Shown: in pieces, positions 54,116 through 64,000 of the stretch
Layout: every line of letters starts with the position of its first letter
Numbering within the stretch: the stretch's first letter is position 1
Origin: Epithemia pelagica
Lineage: Eukaryota; Protista; Bacillariophyta
Direction of reading: 5' to 3'
DNA length: 64,000 bases
NCBI GenBank assembly: GCA_946965045.2
Contig: OX337228.1
Coordinates: forward strand, 4,898,001-4,962,000
The notes under the pieces: model-generated
The model's input: only the letters and a program-made list of their open reading frames with translations
Database searches by the model: none
Told to the model about the DNA's origin: nothing
Program-made: the position numbers and the translations under genes

Positions 54116-56686
54116 ATGAGATACGAGATGCCCGACAAGGAGGAGGAAATGCCATCGACAATGGCTCGTGTTCCTCCTACAACTGAGGGATTTGTTCGTC
54201 CAACTGTGAGTCTTGACGATGGAATGAACAATGACGATGAATCTTCCGACGTTTCCCCAGAACCGTCTGCCTTGGTGCCCCCTCATCCTCAGCTGATGGG
54301 GCGGAAAGCTGGAGCCTCACCATCATTGGTCAAAGAACACGTTGTCACTGCGGCAACCAGACCTGGATCCTCAACTCCTTCATCCATGAACGCACCGCCG
54401 AAGCCTCGTTTACTCAAACATGCGAAGAGCACTCATCATGGGGATGAGATGTCTCATGTTTGTCTCCCCAAGGTACCGGCTCCACTCAGTCCTCCCCCAC
54501 CATCTCTTTTCAGTGATGTTGATGACACTGTGGAACTACGTCATAGCAATGCATCTTCTCGTCGACCTATGAGCGAAGTTCATCTGCTGCACACGGGAGA
54601 TGTAGAGTCGAGAAAAGCCGATCTTCGTCTCCTCGGCAACACCACAACTACGGACGACGACGACGTTGACTTTTCCTCGACGATTGCCGATGGCCACACT
54701 TTGTCTTCGGATTTGTCCGCAGCCCTCACTAGACCATCGAATCTTATGCCAGGTCTCATGAAGCTGAAACAGGACTTTACCCTTTCGAAACAAAAGTTCT
54801 TTCTGTTGGAGCAGGAAAATAAAGCGCTCAACAGACAATTTGAGATCGAACGAACGCAGTGGCTCAATGAACGAAAGGACTTGGAGTTTCTTATCGAGAG
54901 TCAAAGGAAAGAGATGGAGCATCATTTCAAGTCTCAGCATTCAGAAGCAGTCCGCGCGATGGAGACCCAGATGGAGGAATCGAAACAGGCAAAACAAAAT
55001 AGTGATGATCGTCTTTCCCTGATTCAAAAGGAGATTGATAAGACGCTCTCCATTGTAAAGAAACAACAGACTGATCTTCAATCTGCTCAGGCGGAGCTTG
55101 AACAAGCAAAATTGTGTCTAGAACAGAAGAATGAAGAATGTCGATCACTAGAAGAGAAATTAGAAGATATGCGGCGACTCAAAGAGCATGAAATTACCGT
55201 GGTACGAAACTCACTCATGGCGGATGTTGAATACTGGAAAAAAGAAGTCTCCACGTCACATGAGGAGTTCCGCGTCAAGTTATCTGAAATGGCACAGCCC
55301 ACAACCACACATGAAGAAAGACTCGAAGCACAAGCTGTTGCATTGGACAAAGCGAATGCAACGATTTCAGAACTGCGTGCTGAGAAACTTGCTTTGCGTC
55401 AAGAGGCGGTCCGCCGAAACCGAAGCAAGGTCGATGCCACGTGCCAGACTGATACGACCAGCCATGACAAGCATGATGGACATGATGGGGAACAAGGAGA
55501 AGAAGTAGCGACCTTTCCCGAATCATGTCAGAGCAGCCCCGTATCGCATGTCAGTACTATCACGGAAGAAGACGATGCCGATGGATTAGAAGAGCCCTTG
55601 GTGGACGGGCGAATGCCTTCTCTAGGCGAATCACCTCCTCTTCATACAGAGAACCACCACGTATCGGATGACGGTCACGATGACGCATTGGGTCGACGTT
55701 CCGACTCTTCGGCGCATTTTCAGGAAGCATTGGAGGAATTGAAAGCCAAGCACGAGCAAGAGATGCGTTGTCTCGTTCGGTCTCACCAGGAGCTCGTGGA
55801 AGGAGGCATTCCATCACAAGCCGAGTCCCCGGAAACGGAGCAAGAACAGGAGATAGCCAATGTCCAATACTACGAAGCACGGTTACAACAGCTTGTACGA
55901 GGACATCAAGATCAATTGGTTTTGGTAAGTTATGTCAGTAACCAGCCCTGTGGTGGAACCTTGACTCAATTCGCTGCTTGTGTACAGATGAAGGAACGAC
56001 TGGTTCGGGAAGCGACACAAGAAGCTGTTCGAGCTGTACTTTTCACTTTAGGCGTCAGTCGATCATCCAAGTTCTCCACCATGAAACGGCCCACTGGGCT
56101 TGTGCGACACATTACCAATGATGATGAGATTTCAGTCGATGACAGGAGCATCAAAGATCTAACAGAAGCAGTCGCCGAAGAGACGTTGCGAGCAGTCACT
56201 GAGCCAATGAATGATGACGTACAAGGGAAAGATATACATCGTCATGGTACCCCAGGTGGCAACGTTGCCGTTGGAGAAACGCAGGAAAATGGAGATACAG
56301 CGAATCGAAGCCGTGGTCTCAATCTGGGGAGACTCCGGAAAGAATGGCACGAAGAAACTGACAGCATTTTGAAATCAATCCAAAAAGAATGTAACGAAAT
56401 TTTTGACCGAACGCGAACAAGCCGACTACGGGCGAGTCCACGCACAGTGGCGATACCAGATCTATCCGTTTACAGTGACGTCTATGGAGATCATGGCGAA
56501 CCGAAGCACAACGAACCACGCACCACTGAAAGCAGGCTTGTTTCTCCGAACCACGACAGGAGGCGAAGAGAAGAAAAAGGATGTAGTTCCCCCGTTCCTC
56601 CCTTGTCACTCTCATCGGGCGTGGACCTAGATCGAACGTTGGATCAGACAGAAGCACTGCTTCTGAGCCTTACACAAAATAACTGA
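54116..56686 (+). CDS. Hypothetical coiled-coil protein; probable in-frame intron 55925-55987
   Basis: 856-codon ORF with heptad-rich centre and disordered ends; GTAAGT...TACAG. Confidence 0.75.
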   Translation: MRYEMPDKEEEMPSTMARVPPTTEGFVRPTVSLDDGMNNDDESSDVSPEPSALVPPHPQLMGRKAGASPSLVKEHVVTAATRPGSSTPSSMNAPPKPRLLKHAKSTHHGDEMSHVCLPKVPAPLSPPPPSLFSDVDDTVELRHSNASSRRPMSEVHLLHTGDVESRKADLRLLGNTTTTDDDDVDFSSTIADGHTLSSDLSAALTRPSNLMPGLMKLKQDFTLSKQKFFLLEQENKALNRQFEIERTQWLNERKDLEFLIESQRKEMEHHFKSQHSEAVRAMETQMEESKQAKQNSDDRLSLIQKEIDKTLSIVKKQQTDLQSAQAELEQAKLCLEQKNEECRSLEEKLEDMRRLKEHEITVVRNSLMADVEYWKKEVSTSHEEFRVKLSEMAQPTTTHEERLEAQAVALDKANATISELRAEKLALRQEAVRRNRSKVDATCQTDTTSHDKHDGHDGEQGEEVATFPESCQSSPVSHVSTITEEDDADGLEEPLVDGRMPSLGESPPLHTENHHVSDDGHDDALGRRSDSSAHFQEALEELKAKHEQEMRCLVRSHQELVEGGIPSQAESPETEQEQEIANVQYYEARLQQLVRGHQDQLVLVSYVSNQPCGGTLTQFAACVQMKERLVREATQEAVRAVLFTLGVSRSSKFSTMKRPTGLVRHITNDDEISVDDRSIKDLTEAVAEETLRAVTEPMNDDVQGKDIHRHGTPGGNVAVGETQENGDTANRSRGLNLGRLRKEWHEETDSILKSIQKECNEIFDRTRTSRLRASPRTVAIPDLSVYSDVYGDHGEPKHNEPRTTESRLVSPNHDRRRREEKGCSSPVPPLSLSSGVDLDRTLDQTEALLLSLTQNN

Positions 56687-56726
56687 GAACTACTCTCTTG
56701 TGAATGTATAATAATGGAATGTGCTT

Positions 56727-57153
56727 CTACTGAATTCGGTAGATAAGGTGATAGCCAGAGTCGCTGGACACAATTCCACTCATCTGTCCGGGAAGAAGGG
56801 AGAACGCAGCCTCCTCGAAGGGTCTGTTGTGTAATAAGAGAAGGAGATGAGATTTAGGGGGAAAGACTCTTCTTTTGAAGGTCACCTAACATTTCTCACC
56901 TTTGCATTTGTCCTGGTCCAAAAAATCCCAAATCACCATTGCTTTTATAACTGCTGCAGTCTGAACGCTCTTTTGCATACTTTGGAAATGCCTCATCAAC
57001 TCCTTCATCCCTTATTTTCCTCTCGTATTCTGCTAGTTCTGCACGAGCATCATCTGGAGAGAGTGAGATGGTTGCTCCTGTTCGTCTGGAGACCGGATTT
57101 CTGCTCCCCGTGTGTTTGATAAGCAGATGAGCTGCGCGGACTTGTTCGGTCAT
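56727..57153 (-). CDS. Parvulin-type peptidyl-prolyl isomerase (Pin1-like, no WW domain), 2 exons
   Basis: VRAAHLLIKHTGSRNP, SDCSSYKSNGDLGFFGPGQMQ|RPFEEAAFSL...SGYHLIYR; the second exon was read manually and ends at TAG 56727-56729. Confidence 0.92.
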
Positions 57154-57405
57154 GGTCAATTATTTCTGCGGCTTGGTGATACAGGGAAAGGATTGAACAT
57201 AGAACCGTGGATCTTGGATTTTGGATACGCGTGGAAAAAAGTTTGACTTCAAAAAGATGTCCCGAGACATGCGACTAAGATCTAAAAAGACTCCTGGAGT
57301 GATGGTCCCGAGTTGGGAGTGGAGTTGGGAGTATTGTATTTGTAGGCCCCAGATTTCCGGCCACCCATTTGGCGGTCCGACCCACCACCTCAATCAATCA
57401 CCATT

Positions 57406-58846
57406 ATGTCCGCGACTTTTCGACGTTCCGCTGACAAAGCTCGAATAAATTTGTCAGGAACAAAACATTGGACAGGAGGGGTAACTCTAACTTCCACTGG
57501 ACTACGTGACTTGGATCAGATATTGGGATCAGGCCAGCCTCTCGGAACTTGTATTTGGTTGGATGAGGATCGCCTCTCTAATAATCTAGCCGAGGCTCTG
57601 GTCAAGTACTGGTGCGCTGAGGTATCGCTTGTTTGTTTTGCAGTTGGTCAATGAAAGAAATTTCGCCCTGCTTACATGTTGTTCCTTTTGTTAGGCAGTC
57701 TCCCAAGACCAGTGTCTTTTGATCCCTGCTACAACAACGGCAGATCTAGAGACAATCTCAATCCACACCCCATGGGAGACCAAAGACGACAATGATATCG
57801 AATCATACGAAACTGAGAATTCGAGTATCATAGCTATACAGAGACTTCTGGATTCGCTTCCGAGAAACCTTCATTTGGACAAACTACATCTGAGTGAGAC
57901 CCGTAGTAGCTTTGTTTCTAGCCCTGTCCTTGGCACACTTGGGGAGGAAGCAGATGAGGAATTGGAGGAGAATAAAGATAGCGAGGCAGATGATGAAGGT
58001 TTGAAGATTGCATGGCAGTATCGTAAATCGGTCCAACGAGAGCGTCTGGGACAAGGTTCACAATCTGGGCCAAATGTTTCTCCGTCTCTGAAAACTCGGA
58101 CGACAACGATAAAGTCACACGAATTTTGTCATTCCTATGATTTACAAGGATTCTTGGTTGATCAACTAAACGTCTCTGAAAGAGTCTTCATATTGGACTA
58201 TGCCAACGATTCCAACGACTTGTTCTCATTTGGATTGTACCTTGAGATGAAAGCAAAGTTGGATGATCTCTTCGAGGAAGGACGGAATAAAGTTGTCCGC
58301 ATTCTTTTCTATCATACTCCTTTGTCCGCTTTGGATAAAGTGCTGCCGTTGTTGCTCTCATATGTTCGCGAACATGAGGTCCCAGTTGTGATGATGGTGC
58401 TTTGTCGTCGTTCGTCATTGCCTCCAGACGTTTCCACCGTTGTTTTGAATGGTTTAAAACGTTGCTCTGACGTTGTTATGGAGGTTGAAGGATTTACTTC
58501 TCGTCGGCATTACCCACCGCCATCCGAATTCCGCATGTTTCATGGACTTTTAAAAGTACGCCAATGTTCAACCTTGACTGCAACCACTGCCAACGGTCGA
58601 GGTGGTCACTTTGCCGACATGACATCAGGCCATCCACTACATGCTGATCTTTTTGGACTCAAGCGCGATCGTCGTAAGCTACACATTCAGATGCTACACA
58701 TTCCTCCCGAAGACCAGGTAGAATCTGGTGGGAGCGTTGGGACTGGAGGTGTACGAGCTGGTGCTGGTATGCCTGGTAAAGATGTTAGTGGAGCTAAAGC
58801 CTCCCATAGGTTGGCCTGTTCAACCAGCGGTGGTTTGGATTTCTAA
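57406..58846 (+). CDS. ELP4: Elongator complex protein 4; intron 57622-57694
   Basis: TSTGLRDLDQILGSGQPLG, LVKYWCAE|AV, LKIAWQY, FCHSYDL, SDVVMEVEGF and FGLKRDRRKLHIQMLHIPP. Confidence 0.9.
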
Positions 58847-59222
58847 GGTAAGGGTTGTTCTTGCTTTCGTCTCGTGATGGTTGTGACTTTGGCACCGAAG
58901 ATTATAGGCGTTACCCAGGGTTGTTAAGGCACTGTGAACGGCCACCGTCAATACCAAAATGGTGAAGGGGTGGATCTGGATCTTTGCCGTCCGTGAACTT
59001 AGTGCAATTATGGAAGAAAACTTCCGTGTTGTGTGTTGGGTGACAAGACCTTCGAAGAGCATTCCACCGACTTTTTACCCAGTGTATCGTTCCGTCACCA
59101 TGAACTCACCCTGGACCTGTCTGTCGGCACATATTCTCAAAAGAAGTTACCGTTCTTCTTATGTTCTGCCAACCGAAATCTCCTGCGCAAACACACGTTG
59201 GAGTTCGGGTTATTTATTGTTC

Positions 59223-60431
59223 TTATTCACGTTTTATGTACTTTTCTAGATGGGGTACCAAAGCAGATCCGATCATCAGCTGGAGAGGATGAACAAGCAT
59301 CAACGGGGCGCAGTACGCGGCGACGTTTGGGTTTCCTTCGAAGACTGTGTTGATCAAAGGTAACCCAAAAGCAAGAGTTTTCTGCGATGAGCAGAACATC
59401 GCTGCAACAGTGTCGGCCCTTGAAAACTTGAAAGCCGGCAAAGAGAAGAATTTGAAACAAAACCCAAGTGCAATGGAATGAAGGCTAACAAGCACTAGGG
59501 CGAGTTGGATCCCATGTCGAATCTCGGTTCCGAGCGAGCTCGATATCGCCGTACAAAAAGCATTCCAAAGTATGCTCAAAAGTATGACCTCGGAAGTGCG
59601 TTTGAAGACTTTTGAGTGTTTGTTGTAGAAGTTTCTTGCTGGCGTCGCCCGCAAAGCCTGACCGATCGCAACTGGAAGGAGAACCTTGCTGCATAGTCTT
59701 ATCAGCATTTCAAAGAAGGGAAGCTGAATCGAAGCTCCAAAAAATCGAAAGAGTAGTGCCGGGGTAAGGAATATACCTCCAAGATTACTAAAAATGGCGT
59801 TTGATAATGCTGCTGCGGTATTTCCACACGATGCCGTTGTCAGGATCATGCACATATTAACAGTTGTCGGAAGACAGGTCAATATAAGTAGCCCATCTAC
59901 CAAAGCTTCTGGAAACGCTCCAGCCAATAAAGATGTCGAAAATAAAGCTTTGACAGGTCGACCAAGCAGAAATGGCCATGCTGCAAAGGTCATGAGCTGT
60001 GTAAGGCAATTGAGCTTGAAATTGGTTGCAGCTTCAGTGAGTTGGGATACCTCCAGAGAAAGTCCAGAAAGGAGAAAAACCACAGCAACTCCGAACTTTC
60101 CGATGAAGAGCTCTGGACGCAAGACACCTCCACTTTTTCCCAATGACGGACAGAGATTGGCCAGAGAAACGGCTACAAACATCCCGACCAAAAAGAAGTT
60201 TTTGCCGGAAAATTGACGAAAAGCCTTGAGTTTGACGTTCCAGTCGGGAGAGTTGGTCGATTGAGACGCATAGAGCGGCTGCTTCGCTCGATGCGGAAAA
60301 GAAGTCTCCTCTAGACCATACACTGAAATCAGTTTGACGCTTGCTTTGCATTGGGGAGTTACGGTGGAGAATGCCTCAATGAGTTGCCATGATAGCAAGG
60401 CAAGCAAAACATGAAGTCTCAGATGTCTCAT
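59223..60431 (-). CDS. Bile acid:sodium symporter family transporter (SLC10A7/BASS4-like), probably plastid-targeted
   Basis: FLLSGLSL, CLPTTVNMCMILT, NAIFSNLGGIFLTP, CSSQKTLAFGLP and PLMLVHPLQL; signal peptide ending EAF. Confidence 0.9.
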   Translation of the reverse strand: MRHLRLHVLLALLSWQLIEAFSTVTPQCKASVKLISVYGLEETSFPHRAKQPLYASQSTNSPDWNVKLKAFRQFSGKNFFLVGMFVAVSLANLCPSLGKSGGVLRPELFIGKFGVAVVFLLSGLSLEVSQLTEAATNFKLNCLTQLMTFAAWPFLLGRPVKALFSTSLLAGAFPEALVDGLLILTCLPTTVNMCMILTTASCGNTAAALSNAIFSNLGGIFLTPALLFRFFGASIQLPFFEMLIRLCSKVLLPVAIGQALRATPARNFYNKHSKVFKRTSEVILLSILWNAFCTAISSSLGTEIRHGIQLALVLVSLHSIALGFCFKFFSLPAFKFSRADTVAAMFCSSQKTLAFGLPLINTVFEGNPNVAAYCAPLMLVHPLQLMIGSALVPHLEKYIKRE

Positions 60432-60839
60432 CAGTCTCAAACGCTGCATGGAGCAAGCGATGGATCTTCTTCATACATTTTATGTATCTCCTTGAAACTG
60501 GCCTCTTGGTTTTGTGGGGCGTGGGGCGGTCATTTCCATCTGTTCTGTCGACGGACGCCATTCTCGCACCATGAGCTCACGCCAGCCAGCCTCATGGCAC
60601 GTGCGTCAGCTTCACAAAAGTCAACAGTCAAAAGTCAAAACATCTTTTCTTTCTGTTCTCTGTTCTCTGTTCTCTGTTCTGTTGTTGCTTTTGTCCTGCT
60701 GTCCTGTTCATGATGCTGATGCTGATGCTGAGGCATCACGCATAATGCACTTGCAATCGCAAAGAGACTGTTTTCTTATGAGGAGTACTTCTCTCTGAAA
60801 AGACCAGAACCCAGAATACCTAGTCGAACGAAGGACAAG

Positions 60840-62336
60840 ATGAAGGTCGAAACAAACGTTCATATTCGGAACCTCCATGAAAGACTAAGTGCTTCCTCCG
60901 AAAGGTCGCTTCTGCTTTTGTTTCTTTTGTGTGGATGTTCGTCCAGCTTCACCTTGCCGGTGACGACTTTCCATGAACGATCATTGCGCAATGCGGTATA
61001 CCTCAAACCTCGGTCCACTGTAATTTTGCGAGCTGCTCCCAAATATGTTCGATGGCAGTCCACCCCCAAAGGTTGGGAGATGCAAACAGCAGTGACGACG
61101 TTCGAAGCTGTAAACACCACCTCTGGGCATTCGATCGACACCATTCTGAGACCTTGTGATGATCGTCTCGAACTACACTCGCAGCTTCATTTCGGTGAGT
61201 ATGAGTACTTCAATTTTTACAATTCAGATGATTTCAATGATGGACGAATGGTACTGCACGAACTTTTGTTGGACGAGAGCTTATTGTCGACCAAGAGTCC
61301 AGGAGAGTCGAGTAGTCTACGAACTGTAACGGGGCCTCTTTCTGCGTCATCTGCAGACAAGACAACTGCAATTCAGTATGGATGGTCGTGTCAAGTTGAT
61401 GTGATCTCTTATAATCAACAAAATTGGCTTCATGCCGACTTGACAAGACAAGAGTTCCTAGCATTGGCGCATCATGCACCCGATGGAGCATCCGGGGCTG
61501 TTCCCCTTTGGGAAGCAGCCGCTGATACGGGTGGAGTGCCATCTCCTGCTGTGGAAGCCGCCAGAGCCCTTCTTGTTGGGCCTCCCATTCTAGATGCGGA
61601 GTTTGTTCACCGTAGACTCTTTTCCAATCTGTTTGTCCCAGGTGACTCGTTTGCCCAGTTCCTTCGGGCTTTGCTATGGTTCACGGTTCCATGCCCAGAA
61701 TTGTCCGTACTTCTCCTAGATTGGTCGAGCCTAATGGGAAACAGAATCAATGGATTGAGTCAAATTGTCATACCACTTCTGCACGCGGCAGCGTCAGGAC
61801 GATTTGACCAACTCAGACAGCTTGTTTTCGGACAGGTTGTGATTGCGACGAATCAAGTTTCACAGAGCGGGAAAAAATACAACTTACTGATCAAGAAGAG
61901 AAACGAAAAAGCTTTGTCTGTATTGGATACCGTACGAAACCAATCAAACAGGGGGGACTCGACGTCGTGCTCCAATCTTGCAATTTTGTACGGATGTAGC
62001 CATTGTCCAGACTTGCACCTCAAGCTTGTTCAAGAGTATGGGTTCCGGCCCATTAAAACAGAGTGGCGCACGGCGTTGACCATTTGGCCTCAGTCTCTAC
62101 GCCAGTCAGGCAGTGATACTGAGAACATAGCCACTACAGTTGGTCTGCTGGTTTCACTCTCTCTGTATCTTGGCATTGGGGGTGTAGACTGGGTTGCTAC
62201 AGTTGGAGCCATTGTTCAATCTGACAGCGCACTTGATGTTTGTGTTACTTCCATCCTTTATCTCGTTCGCCATGTATTACTGTTTGTGGGAATCAGCAAG
62301 TTTCTTCTCGACTGGGAACCACAAGACCGGAAGTGA
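60840..62336 (+). CDS. Hypothetical protein, likely plastid-targeted
   Basis: 498-codon ORF with signal-like SSSF segment, MQTAVTTF, LELHSQLHFGE, LAILYGCSHCPDL and C-terminal hydrophobic helices. Confidence 0.75.
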   Translation: MKVETNVHIRNLHERLSASSERSLLLLFLLCGCSSSFTLPVTTFHERSLRNAVYLKPRSTVILRAAPKYVRWQSTPKGWEMQTAVTTFEAVNTTSGHSIDTILRPCDDRLELHSQLHFGEYEYFNFYNSDDFNDGRMVLHELLLDESLLSTKSPGESSSLRTVTGPLSASSADKTTAIQYGWSCQVDVISYNQQNWLHADLTRQEFLALAHHAPDGASGAVPLWEAAADTGGVPSPAVEAARALLVGPPILDAEFVHRRLFSNLFVPGDSFAQFLRALLWFTVPCPELSVLLLDWSSLMGNRINGLSQIVIPLLHAAASGRFDQLRQLVFGQVVIATNQVSQSGKKYNLLIKKRNEKALSVLDTVRNQSNRGDSTSCSNLAILYGCSHCPDLHLKLVQEYGFRPIKTEWRTALTIWPQSLRQSGSDTENIATTVGLLVSLSLYLGIGGVDWVATVGAIVQSDSALDVCVTSILYLVRHVLLFVGISKFLLDWEPQDRK

Positions 62337-62748
62337 AGTATGTAGTGTTTGCTGTATAGGGTTCCAATCGTCGTAGGACATCAGCCAAATTAATATGAGT
62401 AGATTCATTTATAGAGAGGAGCACATTGATCTGAATAACCAATCCATCGCACCAGAGGCACAAAGAGGGTTCTAGAATAAATGATTCAAGGAAACGCCAG
62501 AGTGAATCTATCTACGCACAGCACGTCTTAACCAGGTCGTTCAGGATGCCATGACGATGTGCAATGGACAATGGCTCTTGACATGGAATGTCGATTTCGA
62601 ACCACAGAATCATCCAACACAAGCATCCAGAAAACAGAATTTCCATTCTGAGCTTGACAGCAGAACTATGCCGTCTCTCATAATCTCCGGTAAAGAGTAG
62701 GACTTGCCCTTGATACGAAAGTCAGCGAACGACAGGAGCGTCGAACTA

Positions 62749-63752
62749 CTATCGCAGCAAGCCATCCAAGAGCGCCCAGATCACAAGTCCAATACTAAAA
62801 TAGCAAAGGATATTGACACTGATAACAAACGTCTTGAACGCAAACATGTTATTCCTTCCAATCGCTGTTCCAGTCCACGGACATGTATGATCGAAGTCTT
62901 GGATAAGGACACCACACTCTCGACAGTACAAAGCCCCGGGTGGTCGAAAACTTCCAACTTGTTCATTCCAGAACCACCCTCCTTCCCCTGCTTCTTCGTC
63001 TACCACACGTTCCATCAGCCCAGGATCTCTGCAGGAAACGCAGCAAAGACTCATCATTACAAAACCGATTGTGCCTCCATAAACGAAAAGCATCCAGTCA
63101 GGCTAAAAGAATTAAACCAACTAGAAAGTGAGTCTTTCCCGAATACGCCGTCAGAAAAGTGGCGAAACACTTACCAAATCAAACTTGTCCGAATCATAAA
63201 TAAGAAACCATGCAATAAGAAATGATACTCCCAGTATTAGAGGAACTATTGGACCGATTTAGAAAACGAAATGTACTGACAATGATCACAACAAAACGAG
63301 AATTCTTATAAAAATTTCAGTTTGGACGTACCTGTTACCAGCGCGCAAAATGGCCAGCATGGGCCTGCAATTAGAATAGGAGTACCGTCTGGGTACGAGC
63401 ATATTGCAAACATGTGTCCTATCCTCCTCGCGAAACAACACAGAAATGTGTTGATGTCTGTGGGAACTTTGCCTTCGGCAACTTCCCTTTCCCAAGCAGT
63501 CGAGACTGCATATCTATAGTCAAAAAGAAACCGGCTGAGAGAAATGTATGTAGTCAGCAAAACATAAAAGGAGGAGGATACATACTGCTTCTTCTTTCGA
63601 CGTCTTGAAACGGAGCTGGTTGTCGAGGACTGTCTATGGGAGGGAATAGTGCGGCTTGACGGCAGCGAATGAGCCGCTTGAACTTCTATTTCTTCTGCAG
63701 CTGCTCTATCTCCGGCTACTTCTAAGATGCTTGGGTTCGTTGGACGTTCCAT
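62749..63752 (-). CDS. DHHC-family palmitoyltransferase-like protein with DHTC variant; introns 63514-63585, 63246-63331 and 63103-63174
   Basis: ALYCRECGVLIQDFDHTCPWTGTAIGRNN plus transmembrane helices; three GT-AG introns give a continuous frame. Confidence 0.85.
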
Positions 63753-64000
63753 TGTCGCTTGTCCTTACACCAATGCATTGGACATGTGCTGCTTCCATTC
63801 ATCAATATTTTAGAAATGTTAGTCTCTTGGTATGCCATATGCCATCGCGTGGCGGGTCCTCAGCCGCGCGCGCCGTGACCCGCTATCTGTGCTATCTCTC
63901 CAACACCCAATAGCAATTGACCTATAGGAGTAGGAGTTGTAGGTTGAAAGTTGAAATGTACTTCTCTCTAGAGAGAGAGCTTAGTCGGACATACGATTGG

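Noticed and set aside
60650-60732. (TGTTCTC)n and (TGATGC)n short repeats
   Set aside because: Simple microsatellites in a divergent promoter with nothing further to support a function.
45-63913. Many 60-190 aa ORFs overlapping or antisense to called genes, including run-on ORF tails past splice donors
   Set aside because: They have no motifs, mostly non-ATG starts, and are explained as shadow frames or intron read-through.

Overview
Compact, intron-containing eukaryotic nuclear DNA, most likely from a pennate diatom. This is inferred from an Lhcf-type fucoxanthin-chlorophyll protein, plastid pre-sequences, short GT-AG introns and dense gene packing. The supplied ORF track ignores splicing and often starts at TTG/GTG, so I rebuilt gene models by hand. 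Most of the window is ordinary housekeeping genes: FCP, PSTK, BRE1, sterol desaturase-like, SNAPC1-like, DIS3, AAA ATPase, IF3, CEBPZ/NOC1, dynamin, GAR1, EXS, SDR, parvulin, ELP4, a bile-acid:Na symporter and a DHHC protein. The stand-out is a ~6.8 kb Mutator-like (MULE) DNA transposon at ~21251-28084 bounded by inverted repeats. It carries an intact MULE/SWIM transposase and, convergently in the mudrB-like position, a gene for a 2OG-Fe(II) dioxygenase resembling the TET/JBP base-modifying family. That protein has 60-aa N-terminal tandem repeats, and its 5' region is a 178-bp tandem array in which every unit contains a canonical-looking intron. I interpret this as a candidate transposon-encoded epigenetic anti-silencing or DNA-marking system; that function is inference, not demonstrated. 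Other accessory features are a 615-bp TA-flanked MITE with a second decayed copy, a catalytically degenerate pogo/CENP-B-like gene, a ~1.2 kb segmental duplication flanking an orphan P-loop gene, and several hairpins and short repeat arrays.
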